A stretch of 32,000 nt of DNA from Planctomycetales bacterium (GTDB lineage Bacteria; 4484-113; JAFGCY01): NCBI GenBank assembly GCA_022646745.1, contig CP060262.1, positions 3,990,001-4,022,000 on the forward strand, in the 5' to 3' direction. A program made the translations under genes and the position numbers. The notes beneath the pieces were generated by a model, which was given only the letters and a program-made list of their open reading frames with translations, ran no database searches and had not been told where the DNA came from. Shown piece after piece: positions 22,689 through 31,380 of the stretch (position 1 is its first letter; every line of letters starts with the position of its first letter).

Positions 22689-22736
22689 AAGCACTCAGCC
22701 CTGTATTAATCAGGACTGGCACACCAGGAGAGTGTA

Positions 22737-23804
22737 ATGTCCATAAGAGTTGCAGCAATTGCACTGTTTTCCATATTCCTGCTGGCTTCCTGCGGTGGTG
22801 GCGGCACGGAGCAGCTGACCACCGGGCAGATTTCCGGCCAGGTGTCCGTCGTCGGCCCGATCAACGGCTCTGTTGAACTGTTCGTCGGCGCCTTCCCGAG
22901 CGGCAGCACAAACGCGACCCAGACCTCGTCCGCCGGACGCGTCTCCAGCACCGCGAGCCTCAGCGGCCGCACCATCACCTACAGCTTCACTGAGCTGCCC
23001 TTTGGCAGCTACTACATCGGCGTTTTCGCGGATGCCGGCGGCAGTCCGAGCTTCTACTACAAGTCGGGCGACGTCAACTGCACCGCCCAGAACCAGATCG
23101 TTTCCGGCCTCAGCGGCCAGTGCTCCTTCAGCGGCGATGCCCCCTGGGGTACCGTCAGCGGCAGCACCAGTATCACCGGCGACTGGCCGGCGGCCGGCAA
23201 GCTGACCTTCATCGGCATCTCTCCCATGAGCGCTCCGCAGAACGTGCTGCAGTTCCTCGTGAGTGAGAGCGACGTCAATGACGGCCGCATCCACTACGAC
23301 ATCGAGGGCATCACCTACGGCACCTACCTCGTCGGCTTCTACGGCTATGACCCGGTCAGCCACCAGGTTGACACCTTCGGTGCCTTCGACAATCCGGTCG
23401 TAATCAGCGCCAGCAGCCCGAACGTCGCCACGGTGAATTTTGCGAGCGACTTTGCAGGTGATCCCGGCACGGATCCGCAGCTCGGAACCATCACTGGAAC
23501 GGTGACCCTGAGCAGCACCCTTCCCGGCGGCCTGTTCTACTACGTGGCCGCAAACACCATCCCGCCCGCCCAGGGTGCCCCTCCGGCCGTATATGAGGTG
23601 TTCGAGGACCAGCTCGGTGGCACCAGCATCGACTTCACGCTGAGCTTCCTTGACGACGACGAGTACTCTGTCTCGATCTTCGCCTATGACATCACGACCC
23701 ACCAGGCGACCTACTTCGGCGAGTACGATGGTACCGTCACCGTCTCCGGCGGCGACAGCCACAGTGACATCGACTTCAGCGCGGACGTCTCCCTGCTGAA
23801 CTAA
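22737..23804 (+). CDS. lipoprotein of unrecognised family with three ~105-aa internal repeats
   Basis: 355 aa. Classical lipobox LLAS-C and SD AGGAGAG. The repeats begin GQISGQVSV / GTVSGSTSI / GTITGTVTL and end SFSGD / FASDF / FSADV. Each has a central aromatic-rich segment (YYIGVFAD / YLVGFYGYD / YSVSIFAYD). Confidence 0.7.
   Translation: MSIRVAAIALFSIFLLASCGGGGTEQLTTGQISGQVSVVGPINGSVELFVGAFPSGSTNATQTSSAGRVSSTASLSGRTITYSFTELPFGSYYIGVFADAGGSPSFYYKSGDVNCTAQNQIVSGLSGQCSFSGDAPWGTVSGSTSITGDWPAAGKLTFIGISPMSAPQNVLQFLVSESDVNDGRIHYDIEGITYGTYLVGFYGYDPVSHQVDTFGAFDNPVVISASSPNVATVNFASDFAGDPGTDPQLGTITGTVTLSSTLPGGLFYYVAANTIPPAQGAPPAVYEVFEDQLGGTSIDFTLSFLDDDEYSVSIFAYDITTHQATYFGEYDGTVTVSGGDSHSDIDFSADVSLLN
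22821..23801 (+). repeat. three tandem ~105-codon coding repeats within the lipoprotein gene
   Basis: Residues about 29-135, 137-240 and 249-355. Recognised from the translation; diverged at DNA level. Confidence 0.55.
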
Positions 23805-23822
23805 GCCACCCCCGCCGCGGTA

Positions 23823-23840
23823 CCGGGCAGGGAGGCCCGG
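23823..23840 (+). other. intercistronic GC hairpin CCGGGC-AGGGAG-GCCCGG between the lipoprotein and TBDR genes
   Basis: 6-bp perfect stem with no U-tract. Confidence 0.35.
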
Positions 23841-23861
23841 GCCGTGGCAAGCCAGGAAAGG

Positions 23862-25889
23862 ATGAGAGTGATGTTGGCAAGGCAAGGCGGACTGCGCTAC
23901 CTACAGCTGCTGATGGTACTGCTGGTACTGCTGGCAGCGGACAGGGCGATCGCGCAGGATGATCCCGCCTCTGAACCTGACAATGTGCAGCCCGTCGCCG
24001 AGGACGAATTCGAGCTGGACCTCGACGATGCGGAGATGGAGATTGACCTCGGTGAATCCACCGTGGAGAGCCAGGCTGAGGCAGTCGCCGTCGTGGCGGC
24101 CGCAGCCATCAAGCCCCCCTCGCTGGAGGAACTGAAGCAGGTCATCTCCCGCGAACAGATTGAGGACAGCGGAGCAGCTGACCTTGCGGAGCTGCTCGGC
24201 CGCCAGGCTGGCATCCGGGTCAGTGAGTACCTCGGCGGAACCACGATCAACTACCAGGGCCTGCCCGGTAAGTTCACCACCATCCTCGTTGACGGCCAGC
24301 GCGTGCCTGGAAACATCCTCGAGCAGATGGACCTCTCGCAGTTCAACCTGGGCAGCCTCGACAGCGTGGAGATCATCAGCGGACCGCGCGCAGCTGCCTT
24401 CGGTGGTGGCAACGCCGGTGTGGTGATCAACCTGAAGACCCGCAGCGGGGCCGGGCATGTTGCCGCAATGGAGCTGGGCTACGGCTCGCTGAACTGGCAG
24501 CGCGAGCATTTCCGCCTTGGCAACGGTGACGACTTCCAGAACTGGATCCTGAGCATCGAGCACCAGAAGCGCGACGCCTGGGATGCCAACCCCGGCCAGC
24601 CGGACACCGACCTGCAGAGCTTCGAGAACCTGACGATGCGCGGCCGCTGGGATTTCCGTGTCAGTGATGACGACTCGATGGTTGTCAGCGCTGACTGGTT
24701 CCGCGAGGAGGGCCGCGGGCTGGACTACTCCCCGCCCAACCTGCTGCGTCCGAGTGACCTGGCAACCGAGCGCTGGGGGGCCACGGCCAGCTGGACGCAC
24801 CGCTTCAACAACGGCAGCAGCATGACCCTGACCCAGAGCCATGGCGAGTACAGCCACGGCCTGCACCGATACTTCCTCTCGGACGACCCGCGGGATGAGC
24901 GCACCGCCTTCGAGGAGAGTACTGACGATACGGAACTGCGCTGGGACAACAAAATGGTGTACGCCGACTGGAGTGTCGGCATCCAGCGCCAGGCGGAGGA
25001 ACTGCAGAGCGACCGCATCAAGACAAATGATGGCAGCCAGACCGCCGACAGTGAACTGCTCGGGGCCTATGCCACCTACGACTGGTACACCACCCCCAAC
25101 TGGACATTGAGCGCATCGGCCAGGCTCAACAGCCATTCCGACTTCGGCGAGGAACTGCTGCCGGCTGTCGGAGCCAGCCGCAAGCTTGACAACTACAGTA
25201 CCGTGTCGGCCACCGCCGGCCGCGGCTACCGTGCCCCGAGCCTGCGCGAGCGCTTCTACGACTTCCCGAGCCCGTTCAACTACACGATCATCGGCAACCC
25301 GGACATCGAGCCCGAGACCAGCTGGAACTACTCGCTGGACTACAGCTACGCCAAGAGCGGCCGCAGTGTGCGGCTTGGGCTGTTCCGCCACGAAATTGAC
25401 AACCTGATCGACTTCGTCGAGATCCAGTCCGCCCCGCAGGTGTTCACGCTCGAGAACTTCGACGGCGTGACCACGCAGGGTGCGAGCATTGGGCTTGAGC
25501 AGCGCTGGCGTGCGACCAATCGCCACGGTGAGTGCAACAAGTCCTGGTTCGGACTGGGTTACGACCTGACATGGCTGCCCGAGGCGGAGGTGCTGGAAAC
25601 AGGCCTGCGCCTGGTGAACAGCCCCGAATACGACCACACTGTCCGCGCATTCTACGAGCATCCGCGGCTGCGCGCTGAGCTGCTGCTGCACCGGCACGAC
25701 CCCTACTGGTTTGATGCCGAGAACACGGTACGCGTGCCACAGCAGGACAGCCTTGACCTGACCCTGTCCAGCGAGCTCGGCTGCGGACGAATCAAACTCA
25801 GTGGACTGAACCTGATGGATGAGACGAACATCCGCTTCGGCCCGCTGCCCGGTCGTGAGCTGCGCGTCGAGTACAGCTACGACTTCTGA
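23862..25889 (+). CDS. TonB-dependent outer-membrane receptor (short, BtuB-sized)
   Basis: Signal peptide (LLVLLAADRAIA/QD), an acidic ~60-aa segment, then a plug domain (LDSVEIISGPRAAAFGGGNAGVVINLKTR). The beta-barrel ends in the typical ...RVEYSYDF terminal Phe. The start is set at the ATG at 23862, which is SD-proximal. The ORF opens at the GTG at 23844. Confidence 0.85.
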   Translation: MRVMLARQGGLRYLQLLMVLLVLLAADRAIAQDDPASEPDNVQPVAEDEFELDLDDAEMEIDLGESTVESQAEAVAVVAAAAIKPPSLEELKQVISREQIEDSGAADLAELLGRQAGIRVSEYLGGTTINYQGLPGKFTTILVDGQRVPGNILEQMDLSQFNLGSLDSVEIISGPRAAAFGGGNAGVVINLKTRSGAGHVAAMELGYGSLNWQREHFRLGNGDDFQNWILSIEHQKRDAWDANPGQPDTDLQSFENLTMRGRWDFRVSDDDSMVVSADWFREEGRGLDYSPPNLLRPSDLATERWGATASWTHRFNNGSSMTLTQSHGEYSHGLHRYFLSDDPRDERTAFEESTDDTELRWDNKMVYADWSVGIQRQAEELQSDRIKTNDGSQTADSELLGAYATYDWYTTPNWTLSASARLNSHSDFGEELLPAVGASRKLDNYSTVSATAGRGYRAPSLRERFYDFPSPFNYTIIGNPDIEPETSWNYSLDYSYAKSGRSVRLGLFRHEIDNLIDFVEIQSAPQVFTLENFDGVTTQGASIGLEQRWRATNRHGECNKSWFGLGYDLTWLPEAEVLETGLRLVNSPEYDHTVRAFYEHPRLRAELLLHRHDPYWFDAENTVRVPQQDSLDLTLSSELGCGRIKLSGLNLMDETNIRFGPLPGRELRVEYSYDF

Positions 25890-25904
25890 CAACGGAGGCA
25901 CTGA

Positions 25905-26483
25905 ATGGCATGGATCGCCAAGGGCGGTTTCTTCATCTGGCCCATCCTGGCCTGCAGCGTGCTAATGATCTGGTTCATCGCCGACCGCCTGCTGCACTTC
26001 CTGGTCCGCATCCCGCAGATCAACGCCAGCCTTGATGCTGTCTGCCGGCGCAAGGAAAGCAACCGTCCGCCGGTCGGCAAGCTGTCCGAGCTGCTGAAGC
26101 TCTCGCTGGACAAGGGCGAGATTGACAGCGACCTTGTGGAACTGGCAATGGAGCAGGACCTGATTGACGCCGAGCGCCGGCTCAACGGACTGAGCGTGAT
26201 CGCCCAGTGCGCTCCGCTGCTCGGCCTGCTGGGCACAGTGACCGGCATGATCGCCGCCTTCCAGCGCATCCAGGACCTGCAGGGCCAGGTCGACCCGGCG
26301 CTGCTGGCCGGCGGTATCTGGGAGGCCCTGATTACAACGGCCGTCGGCATGATGGTCGCCATCCCGGCGCTCGTGGCCTACCTGCACTTCCGCAACCGGG
26401 TGCACCGCTGGGAGAACTACCTGCGCAGCAGCGTGACGCATGCGGTCAAGCAGCTGGCCCGCAGTGGCGTGGAGGTCAAGTGA
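25905..26483 (+). CDS. exbB: MotA/TolQ/ExbB-family proton channel
   Basis: 192 aa with 3 TM segments and the signature APLLGLLGTVTGMIAAF. SD GGAGG. Confidence 0.85.
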   Translation: MAWIAKGGFFIWPILACSVLMIWFIADRLLHFLVRIPQINASLDAVCRRKESNRPPVGKLSELLKLSLDKGEIDSDLVELAMEQDLIDAERRLNGLSVIAQCAPLLGLLGTVTGMIAAFQRIQDLQGQVDPALLAGGIWEALITTAVGMMVAIPALVAYLHFRNRVHRWENYLRSSVTHAVKQLARSGVEVK

Positions 26484-26893
26484 TGCAGCTCGTGAGGCGG
26501 GAACGCAGGCGGCTGGCGCAGGATCCGGTGATCCCATTGGCGCCGCTGATCGACGTGGTGTTCCTGCTGTTGATCTTCTTCATGCTGATCACGCGCTTCC
26601 TCAACCCGACAATCGACCTTTCGCTGCCGGAAAGCACCACTGCGCAGATCAATGACAACCGCAGCGTGCTGGTGGCGATTGATGCAACCGGCCAGCTCTG
26701 GCTGGACGAGGAACAGATCACCTGGAGTGAACTGACCCCGCGACTCAGTGGTCTGGCTGACAAGGGGCTGACGGTGCGCCTGCGGGCCGATGGCGGGACC
26801 GAACACCGCATGGTGGTGCAGGCCTTTGATTGCATCCGCACCGCCGGACTTGAGGATATCGCCCTGGAAGCCGTGAAGGAGCCCGGCAACTGA
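26483..26893 (+). CDS. exbD: ExbD/TolR-family biopolymer transport protein
   Basis: 136 aa. N-terminal TM segment LAPLIDVVFLLLIFFML with the conserved Asp. The start overlaps the exbB stop (TGATG). Confidence 0.85.
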   Translation: MQLVRRERRRLAQDPVIPLAPLIDVVFLLLIFFMLITRFLNPTIDLSLPESTTAQINDNRSVLVAIDATGQLWLDEEQITWSELTPRLSGLADKGLTVRLRADGGTEHRMVVQAFDCIRTAGLEDIALEAVKEPGN

Positions 26894-26894
26894 G

Positions 26895-27725
26895 ATGGCA
26901 GGTCGCAGCCCACAGCAGGATCCCGCACCACTGGTATGCCCGGTGCCGCGCAAGCTGCGTGGGCGGCTGCGCAGTGGCTGGGGCCTGCTGACCATCTCCA
27001 TCGTGCTGCATGCCGGCATCCTCTACGCCCTGCCCGGTCCTGAGCACAGCAAGTTTGACGACATGCAGGCGATCAGGATCCACCTGTCTGACCCGGAGCC
27101 CGAACCGGAAGTGCTACCGGAGCCTGAACCTGAACCCGAGCCGGAGCCGCCAAAGCCGGAACCACTTCCTGAACCCAAACCTGATCCAAAGCCGCAGCAG
27201 CTCGAGCCGCAGCCGGCGGTGGAACAGCCAGTGCAGCCGCCGCAGGAAGCGGTGGAGACCCCTGAGCTGATTGCCAAGGCCGGCAATAGCCCGAACGCCT
27301 TGCCCTCCGGTGACAAGCCGCCCAGTGACCCGGTTGCCAAGCCACGGCCCCCGGTCCCGCAGGCGATGCCCGTCGAGCCTGAACCGAAACCGCAGCCCAA
27401 GCCGGAACCGCAGCTCAGCGCAGACGAGGTCAAGGCCCTGCTGGCGGACTACGCGAAGAATGCCCGCTCACGCATCGTCAACCGCCAGAGCGTACCGGAG
27501 GAAGCCCGCCGCCTTGGCCACAGTGGCTCGGTCAAACTGAAGTTCGTGCTGAATGCCAGCGGGCAGCTCGACAGCCTGGAGATTGCCAGCAGCAGTGGCT
27601 ACAGCGAACTCGATGAGCAGGCCCTGTCCGCCGTGCGCAGCGCTGCGCCATTTGGGCACCTGCCGGACGGCATCGGGCGGGACAGCCTGCCGATGAGCAT
27701 CACACTCAAGTACAAGGTGGACTGA
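26895..27725 (+). CDS. tonB: TonB-family energy transducer
   Basis: TM segment with the SxxxH motif (ISIVLHAG), a Pro-rich (EP)n/(KP)n spacer and a C-terminal TonB_C domain (GHSGSVKLKFVLNASGQLDSLEIASSSGYSELDEQALSAV). Starts 1 nt after the exbD stop. Confidence 0.85.
   Translation: MAGRSPQQDPAPLVCPVPRKLRGRLRSGWGLLTISIVLHAGILYALPGPEHSKFDDMQAIRIHLSDPEPEPEVLPEPEPEPEPEPPKPEPLPEPKPDPKPQQLEPQPAVEQPVQPPQEAVETPELIAKAGNSPNALPSGDKPPSDPVAKPRPPVPQAMPVEPEPKPQPKPEPQLSADEVKALLADYAKNARSRIVNRQSVPEEARRLGHSGSVKLKFVLNASGQLDSLEIASSSGYSELDEQALSAVRSAAPFGHLPDGIGRDSLPMSITLKYKVD
27090..27410 (+). repeat. low-complexity Pro-Glu / Pro-Lys-encoding tract of tonB
   Basis: Translates to PEPEPEVLPEPEPEPEPEPPKPEPLPEPKPDPKP...EPEPKPQPKPEP. 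Confidence 0.7.
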
Positions 27726-27742
27726 GTCTCATTCGGGTGGCC

Positions 27743-27752
27743 ATTACGTAAT
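27743..27752. promoter_or_regulatory. perfect 10-bp palindrome ATTACGTAAT upstream of arsA
   Basis: Lies in the 68-nt tonB-arsA spacer, 18 nt upstream of a TATAAG -10-like hexamer. Confidence 0.3.
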
Positions 27753-27769
27753 GCAGCACCCCCGGTAGG

Positions 27770-27775
27770 TATAAG
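27770..27775 (+). promoter_or_regulatory. -10-like hexamer TATAAG upstream of arsA
   Basis: Lies 18 nt upstream of the ATG, with a GGAG SD between. No convincing -35 was found. Confidence 0.25.
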
Positions 27776-27793
27776 CTGTTATCCGGAGCAGCC

Positions 27794-29575
27794 ATGCATT
27801 TCCTCCAAGACATCCCGCGATTCGTGTTCCTCACCGGCAAGGGTGGCGTCGGCAAGACCTCGCTGGCCTGTGCCCTGGCACTGAAACTGGCGGACGAAGG
27901 CAAACGGACGCTGCTTGTCAGTACTGATCCCGCCAGCAATATCGGTCAGGTGTTCAGTCAACTAATCGGCAACAACATCACCCCAATCAATGGTGTTGAC
28001 AGGCTCGATGCGCTGGAGATCGATCCTGAGGCTGCTGCCAGCAACTACCGGGAGCGCATGCTGGCTCCCCTGCGTGGATCGCTGCCGGAGGATGAGCTGC
28101 GCAGTACCACGGAGCAACTGTCCGGGGCCTGCACGACCGAGATTGCCGCCTTCGATGAATTCACTGCGCTGCTGGTGGATGAGAAGCTGCAGCGGGACTA
28201 CTGTCATATCGTGTTCGACACCGCGCCGACCGGGCATACGATCCGCCTGCTGCAGCTGCCTGGCGCCTGGAGCGGATTCCTCGAGGACGGCCGTGGCGAT
28301 GCATCCTGCCTCGGACCGCTGGCAGGGCTGGAGCAGCAGCGTGAGCGCTACCGGCATGCCGTGCAAGCGCTCAGTGATCCACAGCAGACCAGGCTGGTAC
28401 TGGTGGCCCGCGCTGACAATGCATCGCTGCGGGAAGTGGCCCGCACCCGGCATGAACTGCAGGAGACCGGGATTTCCGGACAGCACCTCGTTGTCAACGG
28501 CCTGATGCCGGAGAAGGAAGCGAAGGACGATGACCTGGCAGCTGCAATCCGCCAGCGCGAACAGGCCGCACTCGCTGCCCTGCCGGCCGGCCTGGACGGC
28601 CTGCAGCTCGACCAGGTGGAACTGAAGGCTGCCAACATGCTGGGGGCTGGCAATCTGCGCTCCCTGCTTGCTGCCTCAGGTGCGATCAATCAAATACATG
28701 CCGGTGCCTTTGAAAAGGCGACGACTGGGTTGCCGGCCATCAATGGACTTATCGATGACATTGCAGCGGCCGGCCACGGCCTTGTGATGCTGATGGGCAA
28801 GGGCGGCGTCGGCAAGACCACCATGGCGGCGGCGATCGCAGTGGAACTGGCCAGCCTCGGCATGCCGGTACACCTGACGACAACGGATCCCGCTGCACAC
28901 ATCGAGGAGACGGTTGCCCAGCTTCCCGGCAACATGAAGATGAGCCGGATCGACCCACATGCGGAGACGGCGAACTACCGCCAGCGGGTGCTGGCAACGA
29001 AGGGAAAGGGGCTGGACAGCGACGCGCTGGCCATGCTTGAGGAGGACCTGCGCTCCCCCTGCACTGAGGAAGTGGCAGTGTTCCAGGCCTTCGCGCGTGT
29101 GATCCGTGAAGCCGGCCGCAGCTTCGTGGTGATGGACACTGCGCCGACAGGGCATACCCTGCTGCTGCTGGATGCCACCGGGGCCTACCACCGCGAAGTG
29201 ACCCGCCAGATGGGCGGCTCCGGCATGCAGGTCACCACCCCGATGATGCAACTGCAGGATCCTGGGCGTACAAGGATCCTGATTGTCACGCTGGCTGAGA
29301 CCACGCCGGTGCTGGAAGCTGAGGCATTGCAGGCGGACCTGCGCCGCGCCGGGATCGAGCCGGCTGCCTGGATTGTCAACCGCAGCCTGGCGGCAGCGGA
29401 TACGCAGTCTCCCCTGCTGCGTCGGCGTGCCGCGGCCGAACTGGCGGAAATTGACAGGGTCGCACAGTTCAGTGGTGGTCGCTTTGCCATCGTGCCACTG
29501 CAGGCGGAAGACCCGGTCGGCAGTGAACGACTTGCCAGGCTGGTCCACGGCACTCAGGCAGCCACGATTGGCTGA
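27794..29575 (+). CDS. arsA: arsenite/antimonite-stimulated ATPase ArsA (two fused P-loop halves)
   Basis: 593 aa. Duplicated GKGGVGKT P-loops and DTAPTGHT signal-transduction motifs. Long stretches match my recollection of plasmid R773 ArsA (LVSTDPASN.GQVFSQ, QLSGACTTEIAAFDEFT, FDTAPTGHTIRLLQLPGAWS, LRSPCTEE.AVFQAF, VVMDTAPTGHTLLLLDATGAYHRE). The three metalloid-binding Cys contexts (GACTTE, ASCLGP, SPCTEE) are present. Confidence 0.9.
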   Translation: MHFLQDIPRFVFLTGKGGVGKTSLACALALKLADEGKRTLLVSTDPASNIGQVFSQLIGNNITPINGVDRLDALEIDPEAAASNYRERMLAPLRGSLPEDELRSTTEQLSGACTTEIAAFDEFTALLVDEKLQRDYCHIVFDTAPTGHTIRLLQLPGAWSGFLEDGRGDASCLGPLAGLEQQRERYRHAVQALSDPQQTRLVLVARADNASLREVARTRHELQETGISGQHLVVNGLMPEKEAKDDDLAAAIRQREQAALAALPAGLDGLQLDQVELKAANMLGAGNLRSLLAASGAINQIHAGAFEKATTGLPAINGLIDDIAAAGHGLVMLMGKGGVGKTTMAAAIAVELASLGMPVHLTTTDPAAHIEETVAQLPGNMKMSRIDPHAETANYRQRVLATKGKGLDSDALAMLEEDLRSPCTEEVAVFQAFARVIREAGRSFVVMDTAPTGHTLLLLDATGAYHREVTRQMGGSGMQVTTPMMQLQDPGRTRILIVTLAETTPVLEAEALQADLRRAGIEPAAWIVNRSLAAADTQSPLLRRRAAAELAEIDRVAQFSGGRFAIVPLQAEDPVGSERLARLVHGTQAATIG

Positions 29576-29581
29576 ATCCTG

Positions 29582-31279
29582 CTACAGGTTCGGCTGGTAG
29601 CGGCCCCAGACACTTTCCAGTGCCTTGATGATCTCGCCTTCAGTGGCACCGGCCAGCAGTGCCTCGCGGATCAGCTCAAGGTAGCCGGACTTCTCGCCGG
29701 CCACGGCATGCTCATGCAGCCGGCCGCAGGCTGTCTGCCAGGGTGCGCTGTCGCCCCCTGCCCCGCCACCATACTGTGATGGATTTTCACTGCGATTGGC
29801 AATGTACTGTTCCAGCCGTTCGCGTTGCTCATGCTCAGCCGCATCGTCGCGGTTGATCTCAAACGGCACTTCCTCGCTGCTGCGAAACTCATTCACTCCG
29901 ACAATCACGCGGTCCTTTGTCTCCACGCTGCGCTGCCATTCATAGGCGCCCTGCTGGATCTCGGCCTGCGGGTAGCCACGCTCAACGGCAGCCGCCATCC
30001 CGCCCAGCTCGTCAATCTTTGAGATGTAGGCCATCGCCTCCGTCTCGATCCGGTCGGTCAGGTCCTCGATGAACCAGCTGCCGCCGAGCGGGTCAACGGT
30101 GTCCGCCACGCCACTTTCATGGGCGATGATCTGCTGGGTGCGCAGCGCAATCTCGGCTGACTGCTCCGTCGGCAGGGCCAGCGCTTCGTCGAAGCCGTTT
30201 GTATGCAGGCTCTGTGTCCCGCCCAGCACGGCGCTGAGCGCCTGCATGGTTGTGCGCACGATGTTGTTGTAGGGCTGCTGCGCCGTCAGCATCGAACCGG
30301 CCGTCTGCGTATGGAAGCGCATCATCATGCTCTTCGGGTCCTGCGCCTTGAAGCGCTGCTTCATGATCCGCGCCCAGAGGCGACGTGCTGCGCGGAACTT
30401 GGCAACCTCCTCCAGGAAGTTGTTGTGCGCATTGAAGAAGAAGCTCAGCCGTCCCGCGAAGCTGTCAACGTCCAGCCCCGCATTGATCGCCTGCTGCGTG
30501 TACTCGATCCCGTCCGCGAGTGTGAAGGCCACCTCCTGCACCGCCGTGCAGCCCGCTTCGCGGATGTGGTAGCCGGAGATGCTGATCGTGTTCCAGCGCG
30601 GCAGCTTCTCGGTGCAGTAGCGGAAGCAGTCCGTTGTCAGCAGCATGCTCGGCTGCGGTGGGAAGATGTAGGTGCCGCGCGCCATGTATTCCTTCAGGAT
30701 GTCATTCTGGATCGTGCCCCCGAGCTGCGCGGGATCGATCCCCTGCTTCTCGGCCACCACCTGGTACATCAGCAGCAGGATCGTGGCCGGGGCGTTGATC
30801 GTCATGCTCGTCGTCACTTTGTCCTGCGGGATGCCAGCGAACAGTGTTGCCATGTCGTCAACGGTGTCAATCGCAACGCCTACCTTGCCCACCTCGCCGA
30901 GCGCCATCGGGTCCGTGCTGTCGTAGCCCATCTGTGTCGGTAGGTCGAAGGCCACGGACAGGCCGGTCTGTCCGCTGTTCAGCAGGAAGTGGTAGCGCTC
31001 ATTGGTGGCTCGGGCCGTGCTGAAACCGGCGTATTGGCGCATCGTCCAGAAGCGCCCGCGGTACATGTTGGGCTGCACGCCTCGCGTGAATGGATACTCG
31101 CCGGGGAAGCCGAGGCTGGATTTGTAATCGCGTCCATCCGTCCAGGGCCCCGCCAGCGGGTCAATCGCGTAACCGCTGCTGCTTGCAAAACTGCCGCGGC
31201 GCTCAGGCCGCTTGGCAATGAATGGTTCATAGCGGCCTGAACGCCAGCCATCGTACTGATCCTGCATGCTCACCGGCAT
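29582..31279 (-). CDS. methylmalonyl-CoA mutase-family catalytic (large) subunit without a fused B12-binding domain
   Basis: 565 aa. [51 protein letters not shown] and [20 protein letters not shown] are canonical. The Tyr (MYRGR) and Arg (YMARGTY) positions are of the methylmalonyl type rather than the isobutyryl-CoA mutase type. The protein ends before any DxHxxG cobalamin-binding domain. Confidence 0.9.
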   Translation of the reverse strand: MPVSMQDQYDGWRSGRYEPFIAKRPERRGSFASSSGYAIDPLAGPWTDGRDYKSSLGFPGEYPFTRGVQPNMYRGRFWTMRQYAGFSTARATNERYHFLLNSGQTGLSVAFDLPTQMGYDSTDPMALGEVGKVGVAIDTVDDMATLFAGIPQDKVTTSMTINAPATILLLMYQVVAEKQGIDPAQLGGTIQNDILKEYMARGTYIFPPQPSMLLTTDCFRYCTEKLPRWNTISISGYHIREAGCTAVQEVAFTLADGIEYTQQAINAGLDVDSFAGRLSFFFNAHNNFLEEVAKFRAARRLWARIMKQRFKAQDPKSMMMRFHTQTAGSMLTAQQPYNNIVRTTMQALSAVLGGTQSLHTNGFDEALALPTEQSAEIALRTQQIIAHESGVADTVDPLGGSWFIEDLTDRIETEAMAYISKIDELGGMAAAVERGYPQAEIQQGAYEWQRSVETKDRVIVGVNEFRSSEEVPFEINRDDAAEHEQRERLEQYIANRSENPSQYGGGAGGDSAPWQTACGRLHEHAVAGEKSGYLELIREALLAGATEGEIIKALESVWGRYQPNL

Positions 31280-31380
31280 ATTCTAATGCAGTACCGGCCA
31301 GCGGCCCTGCCTGTGCCGCCGGTTGCTCTGTCCTGTTCCAGCTGAGCAGTGAGCGGTATCGGCGAAATGACCGGCATAAG

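Noticed and set aside
27090-27410. Reiterated CCGGAGCC/GAACC-type DNA that could be mistaken for a tandem-repeat or CRISPR-like array.
   Set aside because: It is the in-frame Pro-Glu/Pro-Lys spacer of tonB. The units are short and imperfect, with no unique spacers.
27794-29575. Calling the locus an arsenic-resistance (ars) operon.
   Set aside because: Only arsA is present. No ArsR-type HTH regulator, ArsD, ArsB or Acr3 permease, or ArsC reductase is encoded in the flanking 5 kb on either side.
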